Below, in pieces: positions 31,910 through 42,026 of a stretch of DNA of 64,000 bases; position 1 is the first letter of the stretch; the number at the start of each line of letters is the position of its first letter. This DNA is from an uncultured virus (IMG/VR IMGVR_UViG_3300027974_001778) (Duplodnaviria; Heunggongvirae; Uroviricota; Caudoviricetes), in the IMG/VR virus record IMGVR_UViG_3300027974_001778, positions 62,001 to 126,000 of that record. One strand, given 5' to 3'. The notes beneath the pieces were generated by a model, which had not been told where the DNA came from, ran no database searches, and saw nothing but the letters and a program-made list of their open reading frames with translations. The position numbers and the translations under genes were made by a program.

Positions 31910-32564
31910 GGACAAGAAACTTATTGTACTGATGCCACCCAAAACCGCATCCAATTCTCTCAAAGAGACTATGAGCCAAAATGGAATTCAATTTTCCAAT
32001 CCAATAAAAAAAATTTTAAAACCGTTAATTCATTTAAAGTTAAGTGAAATTGTTAAGATTTTTGAGGTCAACGATTTGTCTGAATATAAAATACTACAAG
32101 TTACAAGAGACCCTTACACCAGATTTGTTTCATCCTATTTTCATTTAATGAAAATTACACATAATGTTAAGTCTATAAAATTCTCTAATTACAATTTTCC
32201 AACATTTACAAATCATTTTTACGAATCTATTAAATCTGAAAATTTTATTAAAGAATTTTACGGTAACACTTCCTTTGTTGAACACTGTATAAATAACGGT
32301 ATTAGTTGGGGGGGTACTCGACTTTTTGAAATTCAAAAAAGTTGGGGGGACGTAGAATCGAATGTTTCGTATTTTAAATTAGAAGATATCTCAAAAGAAA
32401 TTGTATCACTTAATAATTTCTTATCCACTGAAATTTCTTCCTTATCCAATATAAATAAATCTAATTTAGAACATAAATATGATTTAATGTTAACTCCTAA
32501 AATTAAAGATATTATTTTGGAAGTGTTTGAAGAAGATTTTAAGTTTTTTAATTACGAAATATAA
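31899..32564 (+). CDS. sulfotransferase family protein
   Basis: PKTASNS (5'-PSB), RDPYTRFVSSY (3'-PB), EEDFKFFNY. Confidence 0.8.
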   Translation: MIDKDKKLIVLMPPKTASNSLKETMSQNGIQFSNPIKKILKPLIHLKLSEIVKIFEVNDLSEYKILQVTRDPYTRFVSSYFHLMKITHNVKSIKFSNYNFPTFTNHFYESIKSENFIKEFYGNTSFVEHCINNGISWGGTRLFEIQKSWGDVESNVSYFKLEDISKEIVSLNNFLSTEISSLSNINKSNLEHKYDLMLTPKIKDIILEVFEEDFKFFNYEI

Positions 32565-33206
32565 TTACGATTCAATAATACTAACAATTTTAGAAACTAA
32601 TTGATTTTGTCTCATTAAATAATACGCCACTTTTGGTGTATCGCAATCAATCATTTCAATAGTAACGTTTGGGCATGTTGAAATGTTATTGGATTGTTTT
32701 ACGTGTCTTTCGGCATTTTGTGCAACAATAGAATATATTTGAGTATTATAATTTGCCGATTCCAAATATGGTTTTAAATTTAGATATTCATTCGATTGGT
32801 CTAAAAAACTTACTTGGTCATCTCTACCATCATCATTTAATAATAAAGTTGTTTGGTCCAAATATGAAACGGTATTGAATCCGATAACTTTGTTAACATT
32901 TAACATTGTACCAAAAAGAATCGCTGCATGACCTCCAGCGCAATTACCAATAAAAACTGTTTTTGTGTAACCTGAAGTATATCCCGATAATAATTCCAAT
33001 ACTTTATTAAACGAATTATATGTTTCGTCAATTCCGTTAAAAAAATATTGCCCGTTTATATCGTTAATTTTTATAGTATCATAATCTAGTTGATTTAAGA
33101 TTCCTTTAAATTCATCCACAGTAGTACCAAAAATAGTATTTTCGTGAGCTTGAAATGCAACCACTAATGTGTTGCTATCTTTTAAATTTTCGTATATTGA
33201 CTCCAT
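32565..33206 (-). CDS. alpha/beta-hydrolase-fold protein
   Basis: FIGNCAGGHAAILFG nucleophile elbow (Cys in place of Ser). Confidence 0.65.
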   Translation of the reverse strand: MESIYENLKDSNTLVVAFQAHENTIFGTTVDEFKGILNQLDYDTIKINDINGQYFFNGIDETYNSFNKVLELLSGYTSGYTKTVFIGNCAGGHAAILFGTMLNVNKVIGFNTVSYLDQTTLLLNDDGRDDQVSFLDQSNEYLNLKPYLESANYNTQIYSIVAQNAERHVKQSNNISTCPNVTIEMIDCDTPKVAYYLMRQNQLVSKIVSIIES

Positions 33207-33273
33207 TATATTTTTAATAATAAATAGTATTAAGTAGTATAAAACAAAACCCCCACCGAAGTGAGGGTTAGTT

Positions 33274-33651
33274 TTACTTTTTCAATTTTTTCAATTGGTC
33301 TCTAATGTCAATTGATTTTTCAAAATCTTGTTCTTCAATTGATTTTTTTAACTCCAATTCAAGTTTATCAATATCTTTTTGATTTGACTCAAAATTTTTG
33401 ATTTGGTCTCTAAGTTTAACTGCGGTTTCAAAATCTTCATTTTCAATCGCCATGTTAAGTTGATATTTTAATCTGTCGATTCCTTCTTCCGATTTTGAAG
33501 AGTCTCCTCTGTAATAAGTTGTTACTTTCATAGTACCATCATCAGATACTCTAGTTTTTGATTTCCACTCACCTTGAGTTAAATCGAATTGAGCAAACAT
33601 TTCATCAAATGCTCTAAAAATGTCGTTGTAATTTCTTTTGTTTCCAAACAT
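33274..33651 (-). CDS. double UvrB/UvrC (UVR) motif protein, putative ClpC adaptor
   Basis: LNMAIENEDFETAVKLRDQI and LKKSIEEQDFEKSIDIRDQL. Confidence 0.8.
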   Translation of the reverse strand: MFGNKRNYNDIFRAFDEMFAQFDLTQGEWKSKTRVSDDGTMKVTTYYRGDSSKSEEGIDRLKYQLNMAIENEDFETAVKLRDQIKNFESNQKDIDKLELELKKSIEEQDFEKSIDIRDQLKKLKK

Positions 33652-33723
33652 AATTTTATTTTTTTAATTAAGATTTATTTGTTATCTTTGTTGTATTCAA
33701 ATAATATACCAACCAAGTCTTAA

Positions 33724-33767
33724 TGTCAATATGTCAGGTGAAATATTTATAACCTGACAATTTGTCA
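33724..33767. promoter_or_regulatory. operator-like TG(A/T)CA-N3-TGTCA sites between divergent UVR gene and clpC
   Basis: TGTCAATATGTCA (33724-33736), TGACAATTTGTCA (33755-33767), nested IR TGTCAGGT/ACCTGACA. Confidence 0.5.
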
Positions 33768-33824
33768 AAATATTTGGAGAAGTCCAATATTTGATATTAC
33801 TTTGTAAACTAAATATAGAAACAC

Positions 33825-35837
33825 ATGAATGACTTAATGGACGACGACGACAAAATGATGAGTAAAAAACAAAAGCAGTCTGATAGCAGTACTCCTGTTT
33901 TAGACAACTTTAGTCGAGACTTAAATAAACTTGCAGAAGAAGGTAAGTTAGACCCTGTTATTGGTCGTGACAAAGAAATTTTAAGAATTGCTCAGATTTT
34001 ATCTCGTAGAAAGAAAAACAATCCAATTATCATTGGTGAACCTGGTTGTGGTAAAACCGCGATTGTTGAAGGTTTAGCTATGAAGATTGTAAGTGGTGAA
34101 TGTCCCCGTAATTTAGTGGACAAAAGATTAGTTAATCTTGACTTAACTTCAGTTGTTGCAGGTACAAAATACCGTGGACAGTTTGAGGAAAGAATGAAAG
34201 TGATTATTGAAGAACTTACTGCAAACCCACAAATCATTGTGTTTATCGATGAGGTACATACCTTGGTTGGTTCAGGTAACTCTTCAGGTTCAATGGATGG
34301 TTCTAATATCTTCAAACCAGCGTTGTCTCGTGGTGAGATTCAAATTATTGGAGCAACAACTCTTGATGAGTTCCGTAAGAACATCGAGAAAGACGGAGCA
34401 TTGGAACGTAGATTCCAAAAAGTAATTGTGGATGCGTCTACCGTTGACGAGACAATCCAAATCCTTAAAAATATACGTGATAAGTATGAGTCTTATCACA
34501 AAGTGACTTATAGTGATGAAGTAATCGAAGCTTGTGTTAAATTGGCTGACCGTTACATCACAGACCGTGAGTTCCCTGATAAGGCATTTGATATCTTGGA
34601 TGAGGTTGGAGCTCGTATGCAAACCGAACTTAAAGTTCCTGAATCTATTGAACTTTTGAAGAAAGCAGCTGCAGACATTAGACAACAAAAGATTGATGTT
34701 GTTAAAAAACAAAACTACGAACAAGCTGCTCAGTTGAGAGACAAGGAGAAAAAAGTGTTGGATAAATTAGAATCTGAAAAACGTAAGTTTGAAGATTCTA
34801 TGTTGGAAAACAAACAAACTATCTCATTGGATAATGTTTATGAAGTTGTTTCAAACATGGTTAAAATCCCTGTAAATAAGATGAGTGTTGATGACACTAA
34901 GGCTTTATTGAACTTGGATAAAGAGTTAATCGGTAAAGTAATTGGCCAGGACGCAGCAGTTGTTAAGATTGCAAAGTCTATCAAGAGAAACCGTTTAGGT
35001 ATCAAAGACCCGAACCGTCCGATTGGTTCATTCGTGTTCTTAGGTTCAACTGGTGTTGGTAAAACTCACTTAGCTAAGCAATTGGCGAAAGAGATGTTTG
35101 GTTCTGAAGATTCTCTTATCCGTGTGGATATGTCTGAGTACCAAGAGAAACACAGTATCTCTAAATTGGTTGGAGCTCCTCCAGGTTATGTTGGATACGA
35201 AGAAGGTGGTTTATTGACTGAAAAAGTTAAGAACAAACCATATTCAGTTATCTTGTTTGACGAGGTGGAGAAAGCTCACAAAGATGTGTTTACCATCTTA
35301 CTTCAAATCTTGGATGACGGTCACGTTACAGATAGTTTAGGTAGAAAGATTAATTTCAAGAATACCTTAATCATCTTAACTTCAAACTTAGGTGTGAAGA
35401 AGTTACAAGACTTTGGTACAGGTATCGGTTTCTCTAACAGCCCTTACGCTAACGAGGAAGCAAAAAAAGAAGTGTTAATGAAAGAGATGAAGAAATTCTT
35501 TTCTCCTGAATTTATCAATCGTATCGATGATACAATTGTGTTCAACTCATTAACCCCTGAGGACATCAAGAAAATCACTGTGATTGAATTGGCGAAATTA
35601 GGTAAACGTCTTAAGGACATGAAGTACACTTTAAACTTTGATGACACTTTAGTTGATTATTTGGCTAAGATTGGATTTGACGAGATGTACGGAGCGAGAC
35701 CACTCAAGAGAGCTATCCAAGACAAAGTTGAGGATTTGTTATCTGAAGAAGTTCTAACAGGTAAGATGGTTGAAGGTAAAACCTACACTATCAAGGTTGA
35801 GAACGACGAGGTTAAAGTTCAGAAAAAAGGACGATAA
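33825..35837 (+). CDS. clpC: ATP-dependent Clp protease ATPase subunit, ClpC-type, lacking the N-terminal Clp-repeat domain
   Basis: Two AAA+ modules (GEPGCGKT, GSTGVGKT), UVR middle domain, IGF ClpP-docking loop. Confidence 0.93.
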   Translation: MNDLMDDDDKMMSKKQKQSDSSTPVLDNFSRDLNKLAEEGKLDPVIGRDKEILRIAQILSRRKKNNPIIIGEPGCGKTAIVEGLAMKIVSGECPRNLVDKRLVNLDLTSVVAGTKYRGQFEERMKVIIEELTANPQIIVFIDEVHTLVGSGNSSGSMDGSNIFKPALSRGEIQIIGATTLDEFRKNIEKDGALERRFQKVIVDASTVDETIQILKNIRDKYESYHKVTYSDEVIEACVKLADRYITDREFPDKAFDILDEVGARMQTELKVPESIELLKKAAADIRQQKIDVVKKQNYEQAAQLRDKEKKVLDKLESEKRKFEDSMLENKQTISLDNVYEVVSNMVKIPVNKMSVDDTKALLNLDKELIGKVIGQDAAVVKIAKSIKRNRLGIKDPNRPIGSFVFLGSTGVGKTHLAKQLAKEMFGSEDSLIRVDMSEYQEKHSISKLVGAPPGYVGYEEGGLLTEKVKNKPYSVILFDEVEKAHKDVFTILLQILDDGHVTDSLGRKINFKNTLIILTSNLGVKKLQDFGTGIGFSNSPYANEEAKKEVLMKEMKKFFSPEFINRIDDTIVFNSLTPEDIKKITVIELAKLGKRLKDMKYTLNFDDTLVDYLAKIGFDEMYGARPLKRAIQDKVEDLLSEEVLTGKMVEGKTYTIKVENDEVKVQKKGR

Positions 35838-35838
35838 G

Positions 35839-35866
35839 AAAAGGGAGATTTATTCTCCCTTTTTTT
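35839..35866 (+). terminator. intrinsic terminator after clpC
   Basis: AAAAGGGAGA-TTTAT-TCTCCCTTTTTTT. Confidence 0.8.
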
Positions 35867-35879
35867 GTATTTATAACTA

Positions 35880-36638
35880 ATGAAAGATTTGATTAGAAAA
35901 ATAATTAAAGAGACAGTAGAGAATGGTGAAGTAATTTGTGATGATTGCGGATGGTCTTGGGATATGTCTGAAGGTGGAGACGATATGTACATATGTCATA
36001 AGTGCGGCCATGATAATACTCCAAAATCTCAATCAAATCTTGATAGATTAATGGACCAATTCAAATATCAATTTCCAAAAGAATTAATGGAAAAAGTACA
36101 AGTAATTGGTAAATTTGTTTCTGACTACATAAAAAAAAACAACATCAATATTAAATTCCTTAACTCTTGTTTTGCAGGATTTTCAGGAGTTAGAACTAAA
36201 GACCAAGTAATAATTTGTGCTCCAACACAAATGTCAACTATAGGTGATTTCCTTTACACCGTATTTCATGAAATTAGACACGAGCATCAAATTCGTGATA
36301 TGAAAATGCCAAACCCATTAACAGAATTTGACTTGGAAGATTTTGAGACTCTTGCGGACCAATACTGGGAAATGGAGTTAGATGCCGACCAATTTGCCAA
36401 AAATATGGTTGCCAAAATTGTAATTAAATTAGGGATACCGATTGATGTGGCATCAAGATTATTTTCACTATCCCATTACATTCAGAATTATCCATCTGCC
36501 TCAAGAATGGTTAGAGGACATTTAGCCCAAATTGTTAACGGTATTAAAGAAATAAAAAAATCGGGGGCCGAATATGAGGATATTCAAGACCACCCGATGG
36601 TTAAACGTCACATTGATAAGTTAGAAAATTTTATATAA
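35880..36638 (+). CDS. zinc-ribbon + HExxH metallopeptidase-like protein
   Basis: CDDC..CHKC; FHEIRHEHQ ... MELDAD. Confidence 0.6.
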   Translation: MKDLIRKIIKETVENGEVICDDCGWSWDMSEGGDDMYICHKCGHDNTPKSQSNLDRLMDQFKYQFPKELMEKVQVIGKFVSDYIKKNNINIKFLNSCFAGFSGVRTKDQVIICAPTQMSTIGDFLYTVFHEIRHEHQIRDMKMPNPLTEFDLEDFETLADQYWEMELDADQFAKNMVAKIVIKLGIPIDVASRLFSLSHYIQNYPSASRMVRGHLAQIVNGIKEIKKSGAEYEDIQDHPMVKRHIDKLENFI

Positions 36639-37473
36639 CATACCTTTTCATTGGGTCATATTGTACTAATTCTTTGTAGTGTAATTTATATCCTAATTCA
36701 GAAATCATTTTTCTACCCATTTCAATTCCATTAAAAACATCTTCAATTACAACATATTCATTTTTAGTATGATAATCGTAATATCCAATTGAAAAATTAA
36801 TACATGAGAAACTAAATTTGTTTCTCAAAGCATACACATCGGTATATGGGTGAACCATGTATTGCATGTCTTCATTAACCATACCTTCAGTTAAAACTTT
36901 ATCAATCTTTTCAAAGAATTCGCTATCTCTATCAAACAATACTTGCCCAAAACATTTTTCTGTAATCATCCAGTTTTCTGGTGCGTCAAATTGGATTCCA
37001 TATCCAACATTCTCAAAGAATGATTCATCTGCCTTTTTTGAACCGTGACATCCTGTTTCTTCAGAAACAAAAAATGATGCCTTTAAGTACGGTAATTCTT
37101 TAAGTAAGGTTAAACAAGCGAAAACACCACATTTGTCATCTCCACCGATACCTGTTGGTAATCCGTGATGATTATATGCCTTTAAAGCATCTTTAATATT
37201 CCCTTGAGCATTTGGTAATTGTTCTTCACGAATAAGAATGGTATCTAACTCATGGACTGTATCTGTATGGGCGATTACACATGGAAAATGGAAATCTTCT
37301 GGTAATTCAGAATTTTCTTTTTTTGTGGCATAAACATTTTTATGTTTATCTACGTAGTGTTCAATATTATTCTCAGTCAACCAATTAACCAAGAATTCGA
37401 CCATAAGGTCTTCTTTGTATGTTTTACTAGGAACGCTAAGAACCTCCTTTAGTAAGTCTATATTTTGTGTCAT
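36631..37473 (-). CDS. M20/M28-family zinc peptidase
   Basis: AHTDTVH, GGDDKCG, SEETG, YHTKNE. Confidence 0.85.
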   Translation of the reverse strand: MTQNIDLLKEVLSVPSKTYKEDLMVEFLVNWLTENNIEHYVDKHKNVYATKKENSELPEDFHFPCVIAHTDTVHELDTILIREEQLPNAQGNIKDALKAYNHHGLPTGIGGDDKCGVFACLTLLKELPYLKASFFVSEETGCHGSKKADESFFENVGYGIQFDAPENWMITEKCFGQVLFDRDSEFFEKIDKVLTEGMVNEDMQYMVHPYTDVYALRNKFSFSCINFSIGYYDYHTKNEYVVIEDVFNGIEMGRKMISELGYKLHYKELVQYDPMKRYVI

Positions 37474-37493
37474 ACCACAAAGATAAGAAAAAA

Positions 37494-38534
37494 TTAGATT
37501 TCTTCCAAATTAAATAATGTTGGCTGATAAAGTAGATGGTAAAAATTTTCTTCACTTAACTTTAACTCTCTTTGTTGAAGTGCTTTAGAAAGTTTAACAA
37601 TAATCTTATTTGGATTCATTTCAAAATTTTCAATATAAAATCTAACGTCTTTCTTTTTTGGTAAGTTATGCCATCTGCCGACCTCAAACTTTTTACTAAC
37701 TCTATCCACCATATTAACATAATCTTGAATGTTAAAGTCTCCGTCATACCCTTCTTCAATTTTTTCAAGTATATCATCTAATTGACGTTCAACATAATTA
37801 TTGAATGATACACTATCAAATTTTTCAGAATCTTGATATTCATAACTATTTTCTTGCCATCCACCTATTGAACCTGAATTGGTTGAAAAAATTTTAGGCA
37901 GTAATTCATCAATTGAAAGTTGTAATGAATTTTCCCTGATGTACCACATTACAAGATTTGCAACTGTTGTTGTGAATTCGTCATCGGCAACATAAGTAAA
38001 TCCAAAATCATTAAAATAGTCATTCAACTCTTTTTCAATTCTTTCTTGAGCAACTTGAGTCATTTCCCTATTTTTTTCGGTGTGGTAGTCATCAAGAATA
38101 TCTTGGGTTTGGCGTTTAAATGAAGTTAACAATTTTTCTGCAAATTCCGTTTTGAATTCTTCATTTTCTAAATTAAATTTTTTAGGAAAAATGTATCTTG
38201 ATATTTGTTTTAGTTTTTCAATATTATCTTCATTTAATTCATAAAAAATAATATACCCATTTTTAAAATCGTCAGTAACGCTATACGAATCCATGAATTC
38301 ATAATCTGAATAATGTGAGTTAATCATTTTTAAAAACCAAACATCATCTTCTCCTAAACCAACAGTCTTCCAAAATTTATCATCATTAAATCCTAATTTA
38401 ATCACACTCATCCCACGATTAGACCTATCTTCTCTAACATGATAAATGTTAGAGTCAGAATCTTCTAATTCATATCTAGAAATCTTACCTTTAACGTAAT
38501 CCCTCAAAGCCATAAATGTATCAAATGACGCCAT
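37494..38534 (-). CDS. hypothetical protein
   Basis: 346-aa ORF with upstream TATTTATT. Confidence 0.75.
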   Translation of the reverse strand: MASFDTFMALRDYVKGKISRYELEDSDSNIYHVREDRSNRGMSVIKLGFNDDKFWKTVGLGEDDVWFLKMINSHYSDYEFMDSYSVTDDFKNGYIIFYELNEDNIEKLKQISRYIFPKKFNLENEEFKTEFAEKLLTSFKRQTQDILDDYHTEKNREMTQVAQERIEKELNDYFNDFGFTYVADDEFTTTVANLVMWYIRENSLQLSIDELLPKIFSTNSGSIGGWQENSYEYQDSEKFDSVSFNNYVERQLDDILEKIEEGYDGDFNIQDYVNMVDRVSKKFEVGRWHNLPKKKDVRFYIENFEMNPNKIIVKLSKALQQRELKLSEENFYHLLYQPTLFNLEEI

Positions 38535-38580
38535 ATTGATAATAAATACACTTTCAGTTTGGTTTTACGATATTTATTCT

Positions 38581-38588
38581 TATCTTTG
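38581..38588 (+). promoter_or_regulatory. Bacteroidota sigmaA -7 element (TAnnTTTG) for tmRNA
   Basis: TATCTTTG 20 nt upstream of the tmRNA 5' end. Confidence 0.7.
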
Positions 38589-38608
38589 TATCAGTTCATT
38601 GAAATTAT

Positions 38609-39022
38609 GGGGGTGTCCAGGTATTGATTGCAGTAGTTAGGGTAACCAGGCACGTAGTCAGAATTCATCTATGACTTAAATCTATGGTGAAGAAAATCAA
38701 ACGGCAAAACTTTTGCTAAAATGGCTGCTTTAGGTTTAACTAGAGAAGCTGTTGTTGTTGGTGCTTAATTAGTACAGAACAACATTCGGGTCGATGTACA
38801 TATAACCTAGGAACAGAAGTACTCAAGGTGTAATACCACCCAAAGATGTATTAGGAGTCTTGTTCAGGGGTCTACTCCAACACAAGTGAACCCGACACAG
38901 TTATTGGTTACGATGTCAAAATAGGAACCATTTATTTGTCAGTTGAGAACTAACTGAATAAACGTGTAGTCTGTTTATGTTAATATTGTAAGACGCGGGT
39001 TCGATTCCCGCCACCTCCACCA
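38609..39022 (+). ncRNA. ssrA: tmRNA; predicted tag (A)GKTFAKMAALGLTREAVVVGA* at 38703-38768
   Basis: GGGGGTG/CACCTCC-ACCA acceptor with G3.U, T-arm GCGGG-TTCGATT-CCCGC, 414 nt, internal tag ORF. Confidence 0.93.
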
Positions 39023-39024
39023 TA

Positions 39025-39052
39025 GGTTCACAGAGATGTGAACCTTATTTTT
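39025..39052 (+). terminator. terminator after tmRNA
   Basis: GGTTCACA-GAGA-TGTGAACC followed by TTATTTTT. Confidence 0.75.
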
Positions 39053-39061
39053 ATTTTTATT

Positions 39062-39445
39062 ATGGGAACAGATTGTAATATATGTAGCAACAAATGCTAT
39101 GGCGTACCAGGACAACACGGAGGTTGTTGTACTTTAGATGACAGAGATTTCATCATTGGGCCTCATCCTGATGCTGAAGAATTTATTGAGTCTTTATCTA
39201 AAAAATTAGGTAGGGATGTTAATTATCGAGAAGTTTTTGTGGACTATGAAGAAGGAAAAACTTTATTTCCAAATAGGTCTGCATGGCAAAAACCAGATAC
39301 ATATCCAGCGTTCAGGGTAGATTTTTATAATCCAAGACTCCCATGTATTTTCTACAATACAAAAGTAAGAGCGTGTTCTATATATGACATTAGACCTAAA
39401 ACTTGTCAAGAATATGAATGCGAATACCTAATTCAAAATACATAA
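39062..39445 (+). CDS. YkgJ-family cysteine-cluster protein
   Basis: CxxC..C..GGCC, PCIFY, CSIYDIRPKTCQEYEC. Confidence 0.85.
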   Translation: MGTDCNICSNKCYGVPGQHGGCCTLDDRDFIIGPHPDAEEFIESLSKKLGRDVNYREVFVDYEEGKTLFPNRSAWQKPDTYPAFRVDFYNPRLPCIFYNTKVRACSIYDIRPKTCQEYECEYLIQNT

Positions 39446-39485
39446 ACTATATTTTTTGTCACAAAGTTTTACTATATTTGTGACA

Positions 39486-39836
39486 ATGAACAAGTTTTAT
39501 ATTGGGTTATTTATTTTTGTAGTATATACCATATCTCAGATTTTTACGTTTTATCAATTACAGGGTCACTTGTGGAATAAATGGATTAAAGATAATCCAC
39601 TTTTAATGACCATCCTTGGACTACCCATTGGTTATGTGGTAATACTAGCCAGCAGACAAATGGTTGAACTGTGGGGTGGCCAAACGTGGCCAAATAGGAT
39701 TATAGGATTCTGTCTCGGAGTCATAGTTTTTAGTCTTATGTCTTGGTTTCTTTTAAAAGAACCTGTAACCCTTAAAACATCGGTTTGTCTCTTTTTAAGT
39801 TTTGTTATTCTTGGCATCCAATTGTTTTGGAAATAA
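39486..39836 (+). CDS. small multi-pass membrane protein (DMT/EamA-like)
   Basis: 4 hydrophobic segments, LLKEPVTLK; ATG 5 nt after TATATTTG. Confidence 0.7.
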   Translation: MNKFYIGLFIFVVYTISQIFTFYQLQGHLWNKWIKDNPLLMTILGLPIGYVVILASRQMVELWGGQTWPNRIIGFCLGVIVFSLMSWFLLKEPVTLKTSVCLFLSFVILGIQLFWK

Positions 39837-39851
39837 AGGGTATTTATGAAT

Positions 39852-41351
39852 ATGAAATTCATGAGTATTTTATTAACTGAAAGTAGAAAAGAAGATTTAA
39901 GAAAAAAATACGCCAAAAAGTTTGAAGGCGGTACTGGATTAGATTTTATTTTGAACATTGCCGACTTAGAAGATTTCAATCACAAATACACAGATTGGGT
40001 GCTTAAAAATGTAGACCCTGAATCCGATAATTTTGATGACGATGTTGAATATATCGTAGAATTGGTTAAAGATTTTGATAAATATTCAAGTCAATTTCCT
40101 AAAAAAGATATAAATCAATACGTATCCTTAATTGAACTTGAAAGTGTAGTCAATTTTGTAAGAACTAAAAACAAGGATAAAGAATTAGAATCACAAGCAA
40201 AAAAGATTTACGAAAAGGGTGACTTTGTAGTTATCCAACCAAAAACTGAACAAGCTTCGTGTAAATACGGTTCAAATACAAAGTGGTGTGTTACATCAAA
40301 AAATTCAGGTCATTTTGGTAGATATACCGCAGGTCGTCAAGGATTATATTTTATAATTAACAAAGCCAAGTCCACAAACAAAAATTACTCAAAAGTCGCA
40401 ATCCATTTTGATGACCAAGGATTTATGAGATATTGGGACGCCCAAGATTCATCAATGAGTCAAAGGGAAATTGATGTATTTGAATATGCATTTCCTGAAA
40501 TGATTGAAGCAATTAAAGATGACTATAAAGAATATGCGGGGTCAATGACGGATAAGTTTTTAACTCAGACATTTGACTCTATGGGGGAAAACTCCAAAGA
40601 AAGTAAAAATTATTTAAACTCAAATTATAATTTATCAACTTATATAAGAGGATTTCAAAATAATCCTGATTTGGGATTTGGTCATTCGGAGGCTATTTTA
40701 TCAATATCATTAAATTCAGATAAAGAAAATAACTTGATTGATGAATATCAAGTTTTTATCACTTACAAATCCAAAGATAAAAAAACATTTACCGCCAGTA
40801 TAGGATTTGCAGGCCCCGATAGTATGACCCCTGCAGAAGATTTTGAAGACCTTGGACTTGAGGAATGGGGAATTGATGTAACTTATAGTATTGGTAGAAA
40901 TCCTGCGGAAACTGCCGAAAGTATTAGAAAACACATTGCATCCAGAGTATTGGACCATATTATAAACAATCCAAAATTAACTCAAAAAATTGCAGGAACG
41001 TCAAAAGTATGGAGACCAGATAGATTCAACTACGGTTATACTTTTGGAAAAAACAAAGGGTTTATTAAAAAATTGGTTGATTACTTAGACGCTGGTACTA
41101 TAGGTACAAAATTAGATTTTTTAGAGTCTCTTGGTAAACTTAAAACAAAAAATGTTGATGGTAAAAAACTATACTCTCGTTCAAATGACAATTATGTACC
41201 ATCTTCTCAATTCAGAGGTCAGTTTTCATCTTTCTTTGCATCCGCAAAAATGGCAGGAATTTTAAATTATAGAAAAGTCGGTAAAGATTATTTCTTAGTT
41301 AAAGGTCCTAATTTTGAAGCGTTCAAATCAGGAGAACTCAAGGCACTTTAG
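39852..41351 (+). CDS. hypothetical protein (ASCKYG..TKWC domain)
   Basis: Long ORF; ATG 3 nt after TATTTATG. Confidence 0.75.
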   Translation: MKFMSILLTESRKEDLRKKYAKKFEGGTGLDFILNIADLEDFNHKYTDWVLKNVDPESDNFDDDVEYIVELVKDFDKYSSQFPKKDINQYVSLIELESVVNFVRTKNKDKELESQAKKIYEKGDFVVIQPKTEQASCKYGSNTKWCVTSKNSGHFGRYTAGRQGLYFIINKAKSTNKNYSKVAIHFDDQGFMRYWDAQDSSMSQREIDVFEYAFPEMIEAIKDDYKEYAGSMTDKFLTQTFDSMGENSKESKNYLNSNYNLSTYIRGFQNNPDLGFGHSEAILSISLNSDKENNLIDEYQVFITYKSKDKKTFTASIGFAGPDSMTPAEDFEDLGLEEWGIDVTYSIGRNPAETAESIRKHIASRVLDHIINNPKLTQKIAGTSKVWRPDRFNYGYTFGKNKGFIKKLVDYLDAGTIGTKLDFLESLGKLKTKNVDGKKLYSRSNDNYVPSSQFRGQFSSFFASAKMAGILNYRKVGKDYFLVKGPNFEAFKSGELKAL

Positions 41352-41411
41352 AATATACTTTAATTTCTTCAACTTATTTTTTTTTTCAGATAAATTAACT
41401 ATCTTTACGAT

Positions 41412-42026
41412 ATGAAAATAATCTTTTTAGATAATGATGGTGTGATATGCCTTTCCACTAATTGGGGTGGGCGTTCTAAAAAATGGGCTAAATATCGCTC
41501 AGCAAATCCTGAAACAGTTAAATCAATGAGTGTTGCACCAGTTGACGTACGGTTTGATGATTTTGATACAAAAGCGATTAAGGTCCTGAATGAAATTTTA
41601 GAAGAAACAGGAGCTGAAATTGTTGTATCTTCTGATTGGAGATTTCATGCAAACTTAGAAGAATTAGGTGAATACTACACATCCCAAGGAATCTCAAAGA
41701 AACCTATTGGATTCACAAAAAGATTAGGAGAATGTCATGTACCTGAAAACTTCATATGGTCTCGCCAGTGGGACTCAGAACAGACAAGGTCCTTAGAGAT
41801 ACTTCAATACCTTCGAGACCATCCAGAGGTCACAGAATGGGTTGCAGTAGATGATTTGAATATGGGTATCCCACAGACTCATGAAACTTGGGGGGAAATG
41901 GAGATGGATTGGGGATTAACCAATTTTGTGTTAACACCAAAAAGTAGTGAAGGAATTAAACAATCTGGAATAAAAGAAAAAATTGTCAAATATTTAATTA
42001 ATGACACTACTGAATCAAATAGTTAA
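41412..42026 (+). CDS. HAD-domain protein (Swiss-army-knife RNA-repair-like HAD)
   Basis: IIFLDNDGV, IVVSSDWR, WVAVDDL. Confidence 0.8.
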   Translation: MKIIFLDNDGVICLSTNWGGRSKKWAKYRSANPETVKSMSVAPVDVRFDDFDTKAIKVLNEILEETGAEIVVSSDWRFHANLEELGEYYTSQGISKKPIGFTKRLGECHVPENFIWSRQWDSEQTRSLEILQYLRDHPEVTEWVAVDDLNMGIPQTHETWGEMEMDWGLTNFVLTPKSSEGIKQSGIKEKIVKYLINDTTESNS

